23,396 bases of DNA from Ginkgo biloba (Eukaryota; Plantae; Ginkgophyta): NCBI GenBank assembly GCA_024626585.2, contig JANKJI020000002.1, forward strand, positions 94,609,105 to 94,632,500, read 5' to 3'. Below, one piece after another: positions 23,308-23,396 of this stretch; position 1 is the first letter of the stretch; every line of letters begins with the position of its first letter. The notes under the pieces were generated by a model. That model was not told the origin of the DNA, did not search any database, and saw nothing but the letters and a program-made list of their open reading frames with translations. The translations under genes were made by a program, and so were the position numbers.

Positions 23308-23396
23308 CATAAAATTTCTTATGAGGTCACAAGTTGGAGAATTTTTTAAAGTTCTTTATATGAAAATTGATTAGTAGTATAAGAAAAACCTGAACA

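Overview
AT-rich, eukaryotic (plant; the element types suggest a large gymnosperm-like genome, which is an inference) repeat-dense draft sequence made of about ten 1.3-3.8 kb pieces joined by nine fixed 100-N gaps, plus four sized gaps of 20, 26, 310 and 37 N. I find no intact host gene, RNA gene or prokaryotic feature. The recognisable content is decayed transposons. It includes a CRM-like Ty3/gypsy pol (1-2387, +) interrupted by an LTR-like insert, and a 425-bp LTR with a perfect tRNA-iMet PBS (3898-4335). There is an L1-clade LINE ORF1 and ORF2 start (about 8600-9873), and a minus-strand Ty3/gypsy LTR-PBS-RT-RNaseH element lacking gag, protease and integrase (about 13000-15181). A gag fragment (about 15900-16579, -), a second, non-chromovirus-like RT-RNaseH (16900-17853, -) and several LTR ends complete the set. 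The most interesting unexplained signal is a degenerate, non-gag/pol coding-like sequence present twice in opposite orientations (about 5760-7800 + and about 21600-23310 -). The second copy carries an A-B-B-A-B internal module amplification whose peptide motifs are conserved between copies. I see no evidence of a new functional system; this candidate accessory ORF is the best lead.
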